A stretch of DNA of 64,000 bases from Minisyncoccota bacterium (GTDB lineage Bacteria > Patescibacteriota > Minisyncoccia > UBA6257). Position 1 is the first letter of the stretch. Every line of letters begins with the position of its first letter. The notes beneath the pieces are model-generated. The model did no database searches. It saw only the letters and a program-made list of their open reading frames with translations, and was not told the origin of the DNA. Below are positions 37,146 to 47,780 of this stretch, one piece after another. The stretch spans positions 80,492 to 144,491 of the forward strand of contig JAQVJU010000001.1 in NCBI GenBank assembly GCA_028694995.1. Reading direction: 5' to 3'. The position numbers and the translations under genes are program-made.

Positions 37146-38405
37146 ATGGATATTTTAGATGATTTACAATACAGAGGATTAATCTATCAGGTTAGTAATT
37201 TAGAAGGATTAAAGAAAGAGCTTAAAAAAAGGCGACTTGTTTTGTATTGTGGATTTGATCCAACAGCAGATAGTCTTCAGGTTGGGAATTTGGTGCCTTT
37301 ATTGACTTTAAAAAGGTTTCAAGAAGCAGGGCATCAAATAATTGTTTTGATAGGCGGTGGAACTGGTTTGATTGGTGATCCAAGTGGGAAAAAAGATGAA
37401 AGAATTTTAAATCCTGAAAAAACAGTTAAAAAATGGGGTTCTTTGTTTAAAAAACAAATAGAAGGATTAATAGATTTTAAGAGAAAAGATAATCCGGCTT
37501 TAATAGATGACAATTACAATTGGTTAGCTAAGATAAAAACCATAGATTTCTTAAGAGATATTGGTAAACATTTTACTATCCCTTATATGTTAGCTAAAGA
37601 TGCAGTAAAGATGCGATTAGAAAGCGGAATTTCTTTTACAGAATTCAATTACATGGTTTTACAGGCTTATGATTTTTTGTGTTTGTTTAAAAAATACAAT
37701 TGTCAGATGCAGATAGGAGGCAGTGATCAATGGGGTAATATTACTGCAGGAATAGATTTGATACGGAAAAAAGAAGAAAAAGAGGTTTTTGGATTAACCG
37801 TGCCCTTGGTTTCTAAAGCCAGTGGAGAAAAATTTGGGAAAACAGAAACAGGCACTATTTGGTTAGATGGTCAAAAAACTTCTCCTTATCAGTTTTATCA
37901 ATTTTGGGTAAATACTGATGATAGAGATGTGATACAGTTTTTGAAATATTTTACCTTTTTGTCTAAAGAAGAAATTAATAATTTAGAAAAAAGTTTTCAA
38001 AAAAATCCAGAAAAAAGAGAACCGCAAAAAGCTTTGGCCAAAGAAGTTACCGCTTTGGTTCATGGAAAAGAAATGTCTTTAATGGCAGAAATGATTTCTC
38101 AAAAATTATTTTACAATGATTTTAAGAGTTTTTCTCAAAAAGAATTAGAAATGATTTTTAAGAATATTCCCTTAACTGTAATTGAAAAAATCAAGAACAT
38201 TGATTTAATTGAACTTTTAGTTAAAGCCAAGGTTTGTTCTTCAAAAAGACAGGCGAGGGAAGATATTAAAAATGGAATAATATTTATTAATGACAAGGCT
38301 TTTAAAGATAGTGAGATGCTAATTAGGCAAGGAGATTGTTTTTATGGTAAATATTTAATAGTTAAGAAAGGTAAGAAAAATTATTACTTTGTCTTGTGGA
38401 AGTAA
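37146..38405 (+). CDS. tyrS: Tyrosine--tRNA ligase
   Basis: It has a class I HIGH-region variant (CGFDPTADSLQVGNLVPL), a KMSKS-like KFGKTE and a C-terminal S4-like domain. Confidence 0.9.
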   Translation: MDILDDLQYRGLIYQVSNLEGLKKELKKRRLVLYCGFDPTADSLQVGNLVPLLTLKRFQEAGHQIIVLIGGGTGLIGDPSGKKDERILNPEKTVKKWGSLFKKQIEGLIDFKRKDNPALIDDNYNWLAKIKTIDFLRDIGKHFTIPYMLAKDAVKMRLESGISFTEFNYMVLQAYDFLCLFKKYNCQMQIGGSDQWGNITAGIDLIRKKEEKEVFGLTVPLVSKASGEKFGKTETGTIWLDGQKTSPYQFYQFWVNTDDRDVIQFLKYFTFLSKEEINNLEKSFQKNPEKREPQKALAKEVTALVHGKEMSLMAEMISQKLFYNDFKSFSQKELEMIFKNIPLTVIEKIKNIDLIELLVKAKVCSSKRQAREDIKNGIIFINDKAFKDSEMLIRQGDCFYGKYLIVKKGKKNYYFVLWK

Positions 38406-38484
38406 GAAAAATTTGTTAAGCTCTTTTCATTGACTTCAGCTTTAATAAGTTGAATAAAATAAACAACAAATAAATAATAAAAAT

Positions 38485-39450
38485 ATGAAGAAAATAAATA
38501 TTTCTTTTCTCTTGATTATTCTAATGGTGGTTGCTTTTTTAATTGGCTATGGCAGTAAAAATGGAATTTCAGCCAAATTATTTAATAATAAAAAGGCAGA
38601 AACCTTGGCGCAAAAAGCTGTTGATTATATCAACTTTAATTTTTTTGGCTTAACAGAAGAAGAAGGCGGAGCAGTTTTAGTTTCTGTTGTTGAAGAAAGC
38701 GGAGTTTATAAATTCAAAATGAAGATTGATGATATAGAATATGATTCTTTTGTGACTAAAGATGGGAAAATTCTTTTTCCTGAAGGAATCACAATGCAAG
38801 AAGAAGAACAAAAAGTAGCTCAAACTTGTGAAGATTTAAATAAAAAAGAACAACCAGTTTTAGAAGCCTTTGTTGTTAGCTATTGCCCCTTTGGCACTCA
38901 AATGTTGAGAATTTTAAATGAAATAGTGAAAAATATTCCTGAATTAAGCAATTATATTAAGGTTGCCTATATGGGAGAAATTCAAAATGGGCAAATAGTA
39001 GCCATGCATGGAGATGAAGAAGCTGAAGAAAATTTAAGGCAGATTTGTATTAGAGATGAACAAAAAGACAAATATTGGCAATATGTTGATTGTTTTCTTA
39101 AAGAAGGCGAAACAGGAGAATGCTTGGCATTAGCTTCTGTAGATACCAATGTTTTAGAACAATGTATGCAAGACGAACTTAAAGGAATAAAATATGCTCA
39201 AGGAGATTTTAACAATCAAGATAAATATGAAGTGACTGGTTCACCAACATTGATTCTTAATGAAGAGAATGTTAGTGAATTTGATTTTGGTGGCCGAACA
39301 GCAGAAGCGGTAAAAACAGTAATCTGTTGTGGTTTTAATAAGGCGCCAGAATTTTGTTCTCAAGTATTAACAGAAGAACAAGCAGCAGCAGGGTTTTCTC
39401 CTTCTTATGAAGATCCAGATTTAATAGGGGGTAATGCTAATTGTGAATAA
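38485..39450 (+). CDS. Exported thioredoxin-fold (DsbA-like) protein, Cys-rich C-terminus
   Basis: It has a signal/anchor, an FVVSYCPFGTQ thioredoxin-like active-site region, and CCGFNKAPEFC near the C-terminus. The family assignment is tentative. Confidence 0.35.
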   Translation: MKKINISFLLIILMVVAFLIGYGSKNGISAKLFNNKKAETLAQKAVDYINFNFFGLTEEEGGAVLVSVVEESGVYKFKMKIDDIEYDSFVTKDGKILFPEGITMQEEEQKVAQTCEDLNKKEQPVLEAFVVSYCPFGTQMLRILNEIVKNIPELSNYIKVAYMGEIQNGQIVAMHGDEEAEENLRQICIRDEQKDKYWQYVDCFLKEGETGECLALASVDTNVLEQCMQDELKGIKYAQGDFNNQDKYEVTGSPTLILNEENVSEFDFGGRTAEAVKTVICCGFNKAPEFCSQVLTEEQAAAGFSPSYEDPDLIGGNANCE

Positions 39451-39455
39451 AAAAC

Positions 39456-39695
39456 ATGACAATTAAAATTTATTCAACTCCAAATTGTCCCTGGTGTGTT
39501 GCGGCTAAAGATTTTTTTAAATCAATAGATATGCCTTTTGAAGATATAGATGTTAGTCTTGATGAAAAAGCTGCTCAGTTAATGATAGAGAAAAGCGGTC
39601 AAACAGGGGTTCCAGTGATAGAAATAGGAGATAAGATTATTATTGGTTTTAATAAGCCATTAATAGAAGAAATACTGGCACTTAATGAATCATAA
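39456..39695 (+). CDS. Glutaredoxin/NrdH-like redoxin
   Basis: It has the glutaredoxin signature KIYSTPNCPWCVAAKDFF ... GVPVIEIGDKIIIGF. Confidence 0.7.
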   Translation: MTIKIYSTPNCPWCVAAKDFFKSIDMPFEDIDVSLDEKAAQLMIEKSGQTGVPVIEIGDKIIIGFNKPLIEEILALNES

Positions 39696-39704
39696 AATTA
39701 AGAA

Positions 39705-39733
39705 AACAGCGCTGGGTAAAGCGCTGTTTTTTG
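39705..39733 (+). terminator. Intrinsic terminator
   Basis: ACAGCGCT-gggtaa-AGCGCTGT is followed by TTTTTT. Confidence 0.65.
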
Positions 39734-39765
39734 AAGGTTAACTTGTTTATGTTATAATTAGGTAG

Positions 39766-40449
39766 ATGATAAGAAAATCTTATTACCCTCTAATTTTAAT
39801 TTTTGTGATCATGGGATTGCTTATGTGGAGTCTTCCTTTAACTCTTATAGCGCCTAAGAAAAATTCAGAAAATCTTTTAGATGAAGAATCTTTTAAAAAA
39901 AATTTATTAGAAACAATGGAAGAAAAAAAGAAAATTTTAATGGTAGTTTCTTTTGATGATTTTCGGGACGAAGAATATTTTATTCCCAAAGAGATATTTG
40001 AACAAGCGGGTTTTGAAGTGGAAACAACCAGTTTGCAAAAAGGAATAGCCAAGGGTATTTTAGGCGGTGAGGCTGTTATTGATTTGATAGTTGAAGATGT
40101 TCAAGTAATAAAATATGAAGCAGTGGTTTTTTGCGGAGGTTCTGGAATGGCTGAAAAATTAGATAATGAAGTGTTTCAAAACTTAGCAAAAGATTTTAAT
40201 AAAGAAAATAAATTAATAACAGCAATTTGCGTGGCTCCAGCTCTTTTAGCTAAGGCAGGGATTCTTAAAGATAAAGAGGCAACAGTTTGGTCATCAGCTT
40301 TAAACAAAGATTACATTGAAATTTTAAAAGAAAAGGGGACGACTTATAAAGATGAATCAGTGGTAATTAGCGGACAAGTTGTTACGGCTAATGGACCTGA
40401 AGCAGCTAAAAAGTTTGGAGAAACAATTATTAGATTATTAAAAAATTAA
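39766..40449 (+). CDS. DJ-1/PfpI-family protein with N-terminal TM anchor
   Basis: It has the nucleophile elbow AICVAPALLAKAGIL and the PfpI fold size. Confidence 0.65.
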   Translation: MIRKSYYPLILIFVIMGLLMWSLPLTLIAPKKNSENLLDEESFKKNLLETMEEKKKILMVVSFDDFRDEEYFIPKEIFEQAGFEVETTSLQKGIAKGILGGEAVIDLIVEDVQVIKYEAVVFCGGSGMAEKLDNEVFQNLAKDFNKENKLITAICVAPALLAKAGILKDKEATVWSSALNKDYIEILKEKGTTYKDESVVISGQVVTANGPEAAKKFGETIIRLLKN

Positions 40450-40465
40450 TTTTCATTTTAAAAAT

Positions 40466-41476
40466 ATGCGTATTGCAATTAATGGTTTTGGTAGGATTGG
40501 AAGATCTTTTTTTCGTTTAGCTTTTGAAGACCCAATGATAGAAATTGTTGCCATTAATGATTTGGCAGAAATAGAAAACCTAACTTATCTTTTAAAACAT
40601 GATACTGTTTATGGAAGATATGATAAAGAAGTGATACCTGTTTTTGAAGGAACAAAAGGGAAATTAAAAGTAGAAGATAAAAACATTGCATTTTTTCAGG
40701 AAAAAGATCCTAAGAATCTTCCTTGGAAAGAGTTAAGAATAGATGTGGTAATAGAGGCAACTGGTGTCTTTACTGATTATTCTAAAGCCCAAGCTCATAT
40801 TAAGGCTGGAGCTAAAAAAGTTATTATTACCGCTCCAGCTGGACAAGGAGAAGAACAAGAAGGCAGAACAGTGCTTTTAGGCATTAATGATGAAGATTTT
40901 AAAAAATTTGCTGTAATTTCTAATGGTTCTTGCACTACTAATGCGGTTGCGCCAGCTATTCAGATATTAGAAGAAACCATTGGTGTTAAAAAAGCTGTTT
41001 TGAATACTATTCATGCTTATACTTCTTCTCAGCGCTCTGTTGATGGTCCTGATTTAAAAGATTGGCGTCGGGGAAGAGCAGCAAGCCAGAATATAATACC
41101 TTCCACTACAGGGGCAGCTAAATGCGTAACCAAGGTTATAAAAAATCTTAAAGATAAGTTTGATGGCATTGCCTTAAGAGTGCCTGTGGTTTGTGGCTCA
41201 ATTGCTGATATTACTTTTGTTTCTAAAAAACCAACCTCAGTGGAAGAAATCAATGAAATTTTTAAACAAGCAATAAAAGAAAAAAAATGGCAGGGAATTG
41301 TTGAGATAACAGAATCCTCAATAGTTTCTTCTGATATAATTGGGACTTTGGCGCCGGCGATTATAGATTTGAGTTTTACCAAAGTGATTGATAAAGATTT
41401 AGTGAAAATTCTTGTTTGGTATGATAATGAATGGGCCTATTCTTCAACTTTATTGCAGCAGATTAAAAAATCATAA
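40466..41476 (+). CDS. gap: Glyceraldehyde-3-phosphate dehydrogenase
   Basis: It has INGFGRIGR and SNGSCTTNAVAP. Confidence 0.9.
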   Translation: MRIAINGFGRIGRSFFRLAFEDPMIEIVAINDLAEIENLTYLLKHDTVYGRYDKEVIPVFEGTKGKLKVEDKNIAFFQEKDPKNLPWKELRIDVVIEATGVFTDYSKAQAHIKAGAKKVIITAPAGQGEEQEGRTVLLGINDEDFKKFAVISNGSCTTNAVAPAIQILEETIGVKKAVLNTIHAYTSSQRSVDGPDLKDWRRGRAASQNIIPSTTGAAKCVTKVIKNLKDKFDGIALRVPVVCGSIADITFVSKKPTSVEEINEIFKQAIKEKKWQGIVEITESSIVSSDIIGTLAPAIIDLSFTKVIDKDLVKILVWYDNEWAYSSTLLQQIKKS

Positions 41477-41477
41477 C

Positions 41478-41918
41478 ATGCTATATCTAGGAGCAGATCA
41501 TCGAGGCTTTCATCTCAAAGAAGAAATTAAAAACTTTTTAAACAAAGAGAAAATAGAGTTTGTTGATTTGGGTAATTCAAAATATGATTTAGAAGATGAT
41601 TATCCTGATTTTGCTATTAAAGTTGCTTTAAAAGTTTCTGAGAGTAAAAAGAATCAAGGAATTTTAATTTGTGGTTCTGGGATTGGAATGAGTATTGTGG
41701 CTAATAAGTTTAAAGGCATTAGAGCAGGTCTTTGTCTTACTGATTCAATGGCAAAAGAAGCTAAAAAAGCCATAGATATTAATATTTTATGTTTGGCTGC
41801 TGATTCTACAGAGCCTACTAAGGCTAAATTAATTGTTGCTCAGTGGTTAAAGGCTGATTTTAAACAAGAGCCTCGTTATTTAAGAAGAATTAAAAAAATC
41901 AATCAATTACCTAAATAA
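41478..41918 (+). CDS. rpiB: Ribose-5-phosphate isomerase B
   Basis: It starts MLYLGADHRGF and has ILICGSGIGMSIVANK. The ORF-track start at 41412 would overlap gap. The ATG at 41478 matches the RpiB N-terminus. Confidence 0.8.
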   Translation: MLYLGADHRGFHLKEEIKNFLNKEKIEFVDLGNSKYDLEDDYPDFAIKVALKVSESKKNQGILICGSGIGMSIVANKFKGIRAGLCLTDSMAKEAKKAIDINILCLAADSTEPTKAKLIVAQWLKADFKQEPRYLRRIKKINQLPK

Positions 41919-41941
41919 AATAAATTTATTGTTTTATTATT

Positions 41942-42595
41942 GTGGCTAATCTTATTCCAGTTATTAATACAAAAACAATTCAAAAATTAAAAGAAAGAAT
42001 TCGCTTACTTCAAGATTTTGATGGTTTGTTTCAGATTGATATTGCTGATGGTAAATTTACAGCTTGGAAAACATGGAATAGTCCAGAGGTTTTAAAAAAA
42101 ATCAAGAAAATAGAAAAGAAATTTGAATTACATCTGATGATTCATAATCCAGAATTAATGCTTCCCTATTGGTTAGAAGTAGTTCCTAAAAGAGTGATAA
42201 TTCATCTTGAAACAATAAAAAACTTTGATTTGCTTTTAAGTCTTTGCAAAGAAAAAGAAATTGAATTAGGGATAGCTATTAATCCAGAAACTCCTTTTGA
42301 GGATCTTAATCAGTATTTGAGTAAGATTAATTTTGTAACCATTCTAGGGGTTTCACCTGGACCTTCAGGGCAAAAGTTTCAGTGGTTTGTATTAGATAGA
42401 ATAAAAAAAATTAAATCTAATTTTCCTCAGATTAGGTGCGAGATAGATGGAGGCATTAATGAAGAGAATATAAGAGAGGTGAAAAAATCTGGAGTGGATT
42501 TTGTAGCCATTGGGTCAGCTATTTTTGAAAACAAAGATCCTTTAGAAAGAATTATGTGTTTTCAAAATATCTTAACAACTCCAGAAAGGAATTAA
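41942..42595 (+). CDS. rpe: Ribulose-phosphate 3-epimerase
   Basis: It has the ...QIDIADGKF... and HLMIHNP motifs. The start is GTG. Confidence 0.8.
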   Translation: MANLIPVINTKTIQKLKERIRLLQDFDGLFQIDIADGKFTAWKTWNSPEVLKKIKKIEKKFELHLMIHNPELMLPYWLEVVPKRVIIHLETIKNFDLLLSLCKEKEIELGIAINPETPFEDLNQYLSKINFVTILGVSPGPSGQKFQWFVLDRIKKIKSNFPQIRCEIDGGINEENIREVKKSGVDFVAIGSAIFENKDPLERIMCFQNILTTPERN

Positions 42596-42638
42596 TTTGC
42601 TTTTTAGATGATTTTTCGCTACAATAAGCAGGAATAAT

Positions 42639-43346
42639 ATGGAAAAACTAATTTTAAAAGCTGAAAAAAGGAATATTTTTGGCAAGAAAAGTAAAAATTT
42701 AAGAAAAAAAGGATTAATTCCAGCCATTCTTTATGGTAAAAAAACAGAAAATTATCCCTTAGAGATTAAGGCGCAAGATTTTCATACAATTTATAAAAAA
42801 TCAGGAGATACAAATATTATAGATTTGGAATTTGAAGAACAAGGGAAAAAACAAGTAAGAAATGTTTTAGTACAAGATGTGAGCTATCATTTTCTAAATG
42901 GTCAGCCAATGCATATTGACTTTTATGAAGTGGAAATGGATAAGCTAATAAAGGCCCATATCCCAGTGAATTTCTTTGGTGAATCTCCGGCAATTGCCAA
43001 AGGCGGAATTTTAATCAAATCAATGAATGAAATAGAAGTGGAAGCATTGCCAAAAGATTTACCCCATGAAATTCCAGTTGATATTTCCAAGTTAATTAAT
43101 TTTAACCAGACTATCTATATCAGGGATATTAAATTTCCTTCAGGGATTAAAGTGTTAGTTGATGAGGATACTCCAGTAGCAAGTATTAGTGAACCTATCT
43201 CAGAAGAAGAACTGGAAAAAGAATTAGGAGAAGCGAAGACCGTAGAAGAAGTTGAAGTAGAAGGGGAAACTGAAAAAGCTGATAAAGAAGAAGAAAAAGA
43301 AGAAGCAAGTAAAGAAGAAGAGCAACCAGAGGAAAAAAAAGATTAA
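42639..43346 (+). CDS. rplY: 50S ribosomal protein L25/general stress protein Ctc with acidic C-terminal tail
   Basis: It begins LKAEKRNIFGKKSKNLRKKGLIPAILYG. Confidence 0.8.
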   Translation: MEKLILKAEKRNIFGKKSKNLRKKGLIPAILYGKKTENYPLEIKAQDFHTIYKKSGDTNIIDLEFEEQGKKQVRNVLVQDVSYHFLNGQPMHIDFYEVEMDKLIKAHIPVNFFGESPAIAKGGILIKSMNEIEVEALPKDLPHEIPVDISKLINFNQTIYIRDIKFPSGIKVLVDEDTPVASISEPISEEELEKELGEAKTVEEVEVEGETEKADKEEEKEEASKEEEQPEEKKD

Positions 43347-43356
43347 TTTTATTCTA

Positions 43357-44841
43357 ATGCACATTAAATCAATTACTAGAAAAAAAGTTAGAGATATTTC
43401 TTCTTTAGATAAAACAAATCAAGTTTTAGAAAAAAAGAAGAATACTTTTTGTTTTTCTTTTTGGAATAAAAAAATAATCCAACAAAAAACCCTTTCTTTT
43501 GTGGTTTTGTTTTTTCTTTTATTCTCGGTTATTCAGAATAATGTAATGGCGCCTATTTTCTTTCAATCACGGGAAGCAATTGCTTCTAATGATGAAGAAA
43601 GGGCAAGATTGGAAAGAGAACTAGAGGCAGTGGAAAAAGAAATTGCAGAATATGAAGGATTAGTGGCTACCACGCAACAGGAAAAAGCTGCCTTACAAAA
43701 TAAAATCAATGAATTAAAAGGCAAAGCAGACAAAATTAATTTACAAATCAAATCCACTAATCTTAATCTGGAATATCTCAATGTAAGGATTGATGAAACA
43801 ACAACTTCAATTGTCCAGACAAATGATAAAATCAATACCACTAAGAATAATTTATCTAATTTACTTCAAACTTATTCTCAATTAAACCAAACCTCTCTAG
43901 TGGAAATATTACTTGGCTCAGAAACAATTAGTGAGTTTTTTGATTATTCAAATGCCTTGCATAGTATTCAAGAAAAAATCTTAGAGAATATTAAAGAATT
44001 AGGAGAATTAAAAGTTACTTTAAACAATCAGAGCCAAGAATTAACAAGCAATAAGGAAGAAACACAATTATTATTAGCAATGCAAATGTTGCAGCAACAA
44101 GATTTAGAAAAAACAAGAAAAGAGCAGAGTAATTTATTAGAAACAACTAAGGGTAATGAGCAAAAATATCAGCAAATGCTAGCTGAATCTAGGCAAAAAG
44201 CCACAGAAATCAAAGGTAGAATTTATCAATTGTTAGGAGTTAAAACTCAAGTTACTTTTGGTGAAGCTTTAGACATAGCTAATTGGGTTAGCAGTCGTCT
44301 TGGAGTGAGACCAGCCTTGCTCTTAGCGGTGTTAACTCAAGAATCTAACTTAGGACAAAATGTTGGCACTTGTAATCGGGCTGGAGACCCAGCATATAAA
44401 AGCTGGCGTCAAGTGATGAAACCTGATAGAGATCAAGCTCCATTTTTGAAAATTTGCCAAGAATTAGGATTAGATCCTGATACAACTCCTGTATCTTGCC
44501 CAATGTATCAAGGAGGACAACAAATGGGTTGGGGCGGAGCAATGGGACCAGCGCAGTTTATACCTTCAACCTGGATGCTATACAAAGACCAGGTTTCTAG
44601 TATCACTGGTAATTATCCAGCAAATCCTTGGGATATTAAAGACGCTTTTGTTGCTGCAGGTTTGTATCTGGCCAAATGGGGAGCCACACAACAAACAAGG
44701 GATGCAGAATGGAGAGCAGCAATGATTTATTTCTCTGGGAGCACAAATACAAAATATCGTTTTTATGGTGATAGTGTCTTAGCTATTGCTGACAAATACG
44801 CACAGGATATCTCTTATCTTAAAAGTGTGGCTAAACAGTAA
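43357..44841 (+). CDS. Membrane-anchored coiled-coil protein with C-terminal lytic-transglycosylase (SLT-like) domain
   Basis: It has a long heptad-like region (aa ~80-280). The C-terminus has [10 protein letters not shown] ... [13 protein letters not shown], an SLT-like catalytic Glu plus the AMG.MQF.P.T motif. Confidence 0.5.
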   Translation: MHIKSITRKKVRDISSLDKTNQVLEKKKNTFCFSFWNKKIIQQKTLSFVVLFFLLFSVIQNNVMAPIFFQSREAIASNDEERARLERELEAVEKEIAEYEGLVATTQQEKAALQNKINELKGKADKINLQIKSTNLNLEYLNVRIDETTTSIVQTNDKINTTKNNLSNLLQTYSQLNQTSLVEILLGSETISEFFDYSNALHSIQEKILENIKELGELKVTLNNQSQELTSNKEETQLLLAMQMLQQQDLEKTRKEQSNLLETTKGNEQKYQQMLAESRQKATEIKGRIYQLLGVKTQVTFGEALDIANWVSSRLGVRPALLLAVLTQESNLGQNVGTCNRAGDPAYKSWRQVMKPDRDQAPFLKICQELGLDPDTTPVSCPMYQGGQQMGWGGAMGPAQFIPSTWMLYKDQVSSITGNYPANPWDIKDAFVAAGLYLAKWGATQQTRDAEWRAAMIYFSGSTNTKYRFYGDSVLAIADKYAQDISYLKSVAKQ

Positions 44842-44858
44842 TATTAATTTTAAAGTTT

Positions 44859-45059
44859 ATGAATCAATGCTATTTTTGTCTTCAGAATAAAAAGGAAATA
44901 GATTACAAAGATGTTGAATCCTTGAAACGTTTTATTTCAAGTCAGATGAAGATTCTTCCTAGAAGAAAAACTTATCTTTGTGCTAAACATCAACGTTTAT
45001 TGAAAAAAGCAGTTAAAAGAGCCCGGGTGGCTGGATTGCTTCCTTTTATGAATTATTAA
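44859..45059 (+). CDS. rpsR: 30S ribosomal protein S18
   Basis: It has the S18 motif [48 protein letters not shown]. Confidence 0.85.
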   Translation: MNQCYFCLQNKKEIDYKDVESLKRFISSQMKILPRRKTYLCAKHQRLLKKAVKRARVAGLLPFMNY

Positions 45060-45067
45060 GTTAATTA

Positions 45068-45550
45068 ATGAAAAATATTGATAAACAATTTCATTCTCCC
45101 AGTGGGAAAGCTTTTACCTATAAAGAACTTTTAAAAGAAGTGCTTTTTTATATCAAAGAAGAACCCCAAGAGAAATACAAGATTATTATTGGTACTGATT
45201 CTGCTAATCATGGCACCACAGATTTTGTAAGCGCAATTGTAGTTTATCGGGAAGGGCATGGAGGAAGATTTTTTTGGCGACGACTCAATCAGAAAAAGAT
45301 AGATAGTCTTAGAGCAAGAATTTACCAAGAAGTGATGATGTCTTTAAAATTGGCTGGAGAGGTTTTATTAAATTTATCGCAAAACAAAGATATTGTTTTT
45401 GATTTTGAAGTTCATGTTGATATTGGCAGTAAAGGAGCCACTAGGGATATGCTTCAAGAAATTATTGGTATGGTAAGAGGTTATGGTTTTCAGGTTAAAA
45501 CCAAACCAGAATCATATGGGGCAACTAAAGTGGCAGATAGATATACTTAA
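45068..45550 (+). CDS. DUF458/YkuK-like RNase-H-fold protein
   Basis: It has IIIGTDSANHGTTDFVSAIVVYREGHGG.. It was recalled as the YkuK-family pattern, with low certainty. Confidence 0.3.
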   Translation: MKNIDKQFHSPSGKAFTYKELLKEVLFYIKEEPQEKYKIIIGTDSANHGTTDFVSAIVVYREGHGGRFFWRRLNQKKIDSLRARIYQEVMMSLKLAGEVLLNLSQNKDIVFDFEVHVDIGSKGATRDMLQEIIGMVRGYGFQVKTKPESYGATKVADRYT

Positions 45551-45629
45551 AATTAAAAAAAGAAGGTTTTAAAACGGGGGTTTATTAAAGCCCCTTTTTA
45601 TGTTAAAATACCTAATGTGATTTAATAAA

Positions 45630-47780
45630 ATGGCTAAAAAAAGAGGAAAGGGTTTAAAGATTAATTTTTTGAATTCTGGAAAAAATTTCTTTAGAAGAAT
45701 TATTCCAGAAGAAACTTTAGATACTGAAGTAAAAAACAGTCTTTTAGCTGTGCTTTTTTTAGCTATTTCTTTAGTATTATTATTAAGCGCTTTTGATTTA
45801 GCTGGTCCTTTTGGAAAAAATGTTTTTAAGGTTTTAGATTATCTCTTAGGTTGGGGTTATTTTATTCTGCCAGGTTTATTAATTGTTATAGCTATTAATT
45901 ATTTGCGTTCTCTGACAAAAAAAATCAATTTAAATTTCTTTACCTTTTTAGGTTGTTTTCTTATTCTTTTATCTCTCTTGTCCATTTCAGAAATTTTCTT
46001 AAAAGAAAAAGGAGGTTTGATTGGTTTATTTGGCGGCTCTCTGGAACATTATCTAGGACCCTGGGCTACCTTAATTATTTATTTAGCAGTTTTGGTTTCT
46101 GGGTTTTTGTTGATATTAAACATTCCACTTAAGTTTTTTCAAAAAAAAGAAAAAGAACCAGAAGCAACTTTATCGCCTACACTTTCTAAAGCTGAAGAAG
46201 CGGCGATTTTTGAAGCTGAAGTTTTAAATAAAGAAGCTCAAAAACAAGAAAAACTTAAGGAAGAAATTAAAGAGCCTATAAAAACAAAAGAAGAAAAAGC
46301 TGTTATTAGTCCATTAAAATTAAAAGGTAAATACAAGTTTCCTTCCTTATCTCTTTTAGACACTGAATATACTCAGCCACGAGTTGGCGATATTAAAATA
46401 AACGCTAATATAATAAAAAGAACTCTTCAAGGTTTTGGCATAGAAGTTGAAATGGGAGAGGTTAATGTAGGGCCAACAGTAACCCAATATACTCTAAAAC
46501 CAATTGAGGGAGTAAAGCTTTCAAATATTACTACACTTCAAAATGATTTGGCCCTGGCTTTAGCGGCTCATCCTTTAAGAATAGAAGCTCCAATTCCTGG
46601 CAGGTCTTTAGTGGGTATTGAGGTGCCTAATAAATCAATATCTTTAGTCAGATTAGGCAGTTTATTTAAAGAAACTGATTTTCAAAAAACTGCTGCTCCT
46701 TTATTATTTATCTTAGGTAGAAATGTAAAAGGAGAACCTTTATTAGCTGATTTAAGTAAAATGCCTCATTTATTGATTGCCGGAGCCACTGGAGCTGGAA
46801 AATCTGTTTGTATTCATAGTATTCTTTCTTCTTTTCTTTTTAAAAATTCTCCAGAAACCTTGAGATTGGTTTTAATAGATCCTAAAAGGGTAGAATTGTC
46901 TTCTTACAATGATATTAGTCATTTGATTACGCCGGTGATTACTGATAATAAAAAAGTTTTACCAGTTCTTCGCTGGGTGGTAAATGAAATGGAGAAAAGA
47001 TATGCCTTATTAGCTGATTATCAAGTACGGGATATAGAAAGATTTAATTCTAAAGCAATTGCTCAAAAAGAATCAATTTTACCATATATAGTGATATTTA
47101 TAGATGAATTGGCAGATTTAATGGTCAGTTATGGTCGTGATTTAGAGGCTTTGATTATTAGGATTGCTCAGATGGCTCGGGCAACTGGAATCCATTTGGT
47201 TTTATCCACCCAAAGACCTTCAGTTGAGGTAATCACTGGTTTGATAAAAGCAAATATTACCACACGCATTGCTTTTCAAGTGGCCTCTCAAGTAGACTCT
47301 AGGACCATTCTAGATATGGGTGGTGCAGAAAAATTATTAGGCAGTGGAGATATGCTTTATTTAGCTCCTGATTCTCCTAAGCCAATTCGAGTGCAAAGTC
47401 CATATGTTTCAGAACAAGAAGTGAGTAAATTAATTGGATTTATCAAAGAATCAAGTAAAGAAATGGAAACAGAAGAAAATGGATTAGCAGGTGATTTGGA
47501 AGAATTTGTAAAAGCACCGCCGTCTTTTGAAGAAATAGATTTAGATCAATGGAGCAATATAGAAGAAGATGAATTGTATCCAGAGGCATATGAAATAGTT
47601 GTTAAGGCAGGAAAAGCTTCAGCTTCATTATTGCAAAGAAGATTAAGAATTGGCTATGCTAGGGCTGCGCGTCTTTTAGATGTTTTAGAGGAAAACGGGA
47701 TTATTGGTCCTGTTGATGGGGCAAAACCGCGGGAAGTTTTTGTAAAGCAAAGTCAAAAAGATGATTATGGCAGAGAATAA
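45630..47780 (+). CDS. ftsK: DNA translocase FtsK/SpoIIIE
   Basis: It has N-terminal TM helices, Walker A LIAGATGAGKSV, Walker B VIFIDELADL and a C-terminal gamma winged-helix (ASASLLQRRLRIGYARAARLLDVLEENGII). Confidence 0.9.
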   Translation: MAKKRGKGLKINFLNSGKNFFRRIIPEETLDTEVKNSLLAVLFLAISLVLLLSAFDLAGPFGKNVFKVLDYLLGWGYFILPGLLIVIAINYLRSLTKKINLNFFTFLGCFLILLSLLSISEIFLKEKGGLIGLFGGSLEHYLGPWATLIIYLAVLVSGFLLILNIPLKFFQKKEKEPEATLSPTLSKAEEAAIFEAEVLNKEAQKQEKLKEEIKEPIKTKEEKAVISPLKLKGKYKFPSLSLLDTEYTQPRVGDIKINANIIKRTLQGFGIEVEMGEVNVGPTVTQYTLKPIEGVKLSNITTLQNDLALALAAHPLRIEAPIPGRSLVGIEVPNKSISLVRLGSLFKETDFQKTAAPLLFILGRNVKGEPLLADLSKMPHLLIAGATGAGKSVCIHSILSSFLFKNSPETLRLVLIDPKRVELSSYNDISHLITPVITDNKKVLPVLRWVVNEMEKRYALLADYQVRDIERFNSKAIAQKESILPYIVIFIDELADLMVSYGRDLEALIIRIAQMARATGIHLVLSTQRPSVEVITGLIKANITTRIAFQVASQVDSRTILDMGGAEKLLGSGDMLYLAPDSPKPIRVQSPYVSEQEVSKLIGFIKESSKEMETEENGLAGDLEEFVKAPPSFEEIDLDQWSNIEEDELYPEAYEIVVKAGKASASLLQRRLRIGYARAARLLDVLEENGIIGPVDGAKPREVFVKQSQKDDYGRE

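Noticed and set aside
41412-41477. ORF-track N-terminal extension of rpiB overlapping gap
   Set aside because: The extension is read in an alternative frame over the gap 3' end. The RpiB homology begins at MLYLGADHRG (ATG 41478).
45571-45600. Terminator after the DUF458-like gene
   Set aside because: Only a 4-5 bp GC stem (GGGG/CCCC) with a 10-nt loop. It is plausible but too weak to list as a feature.
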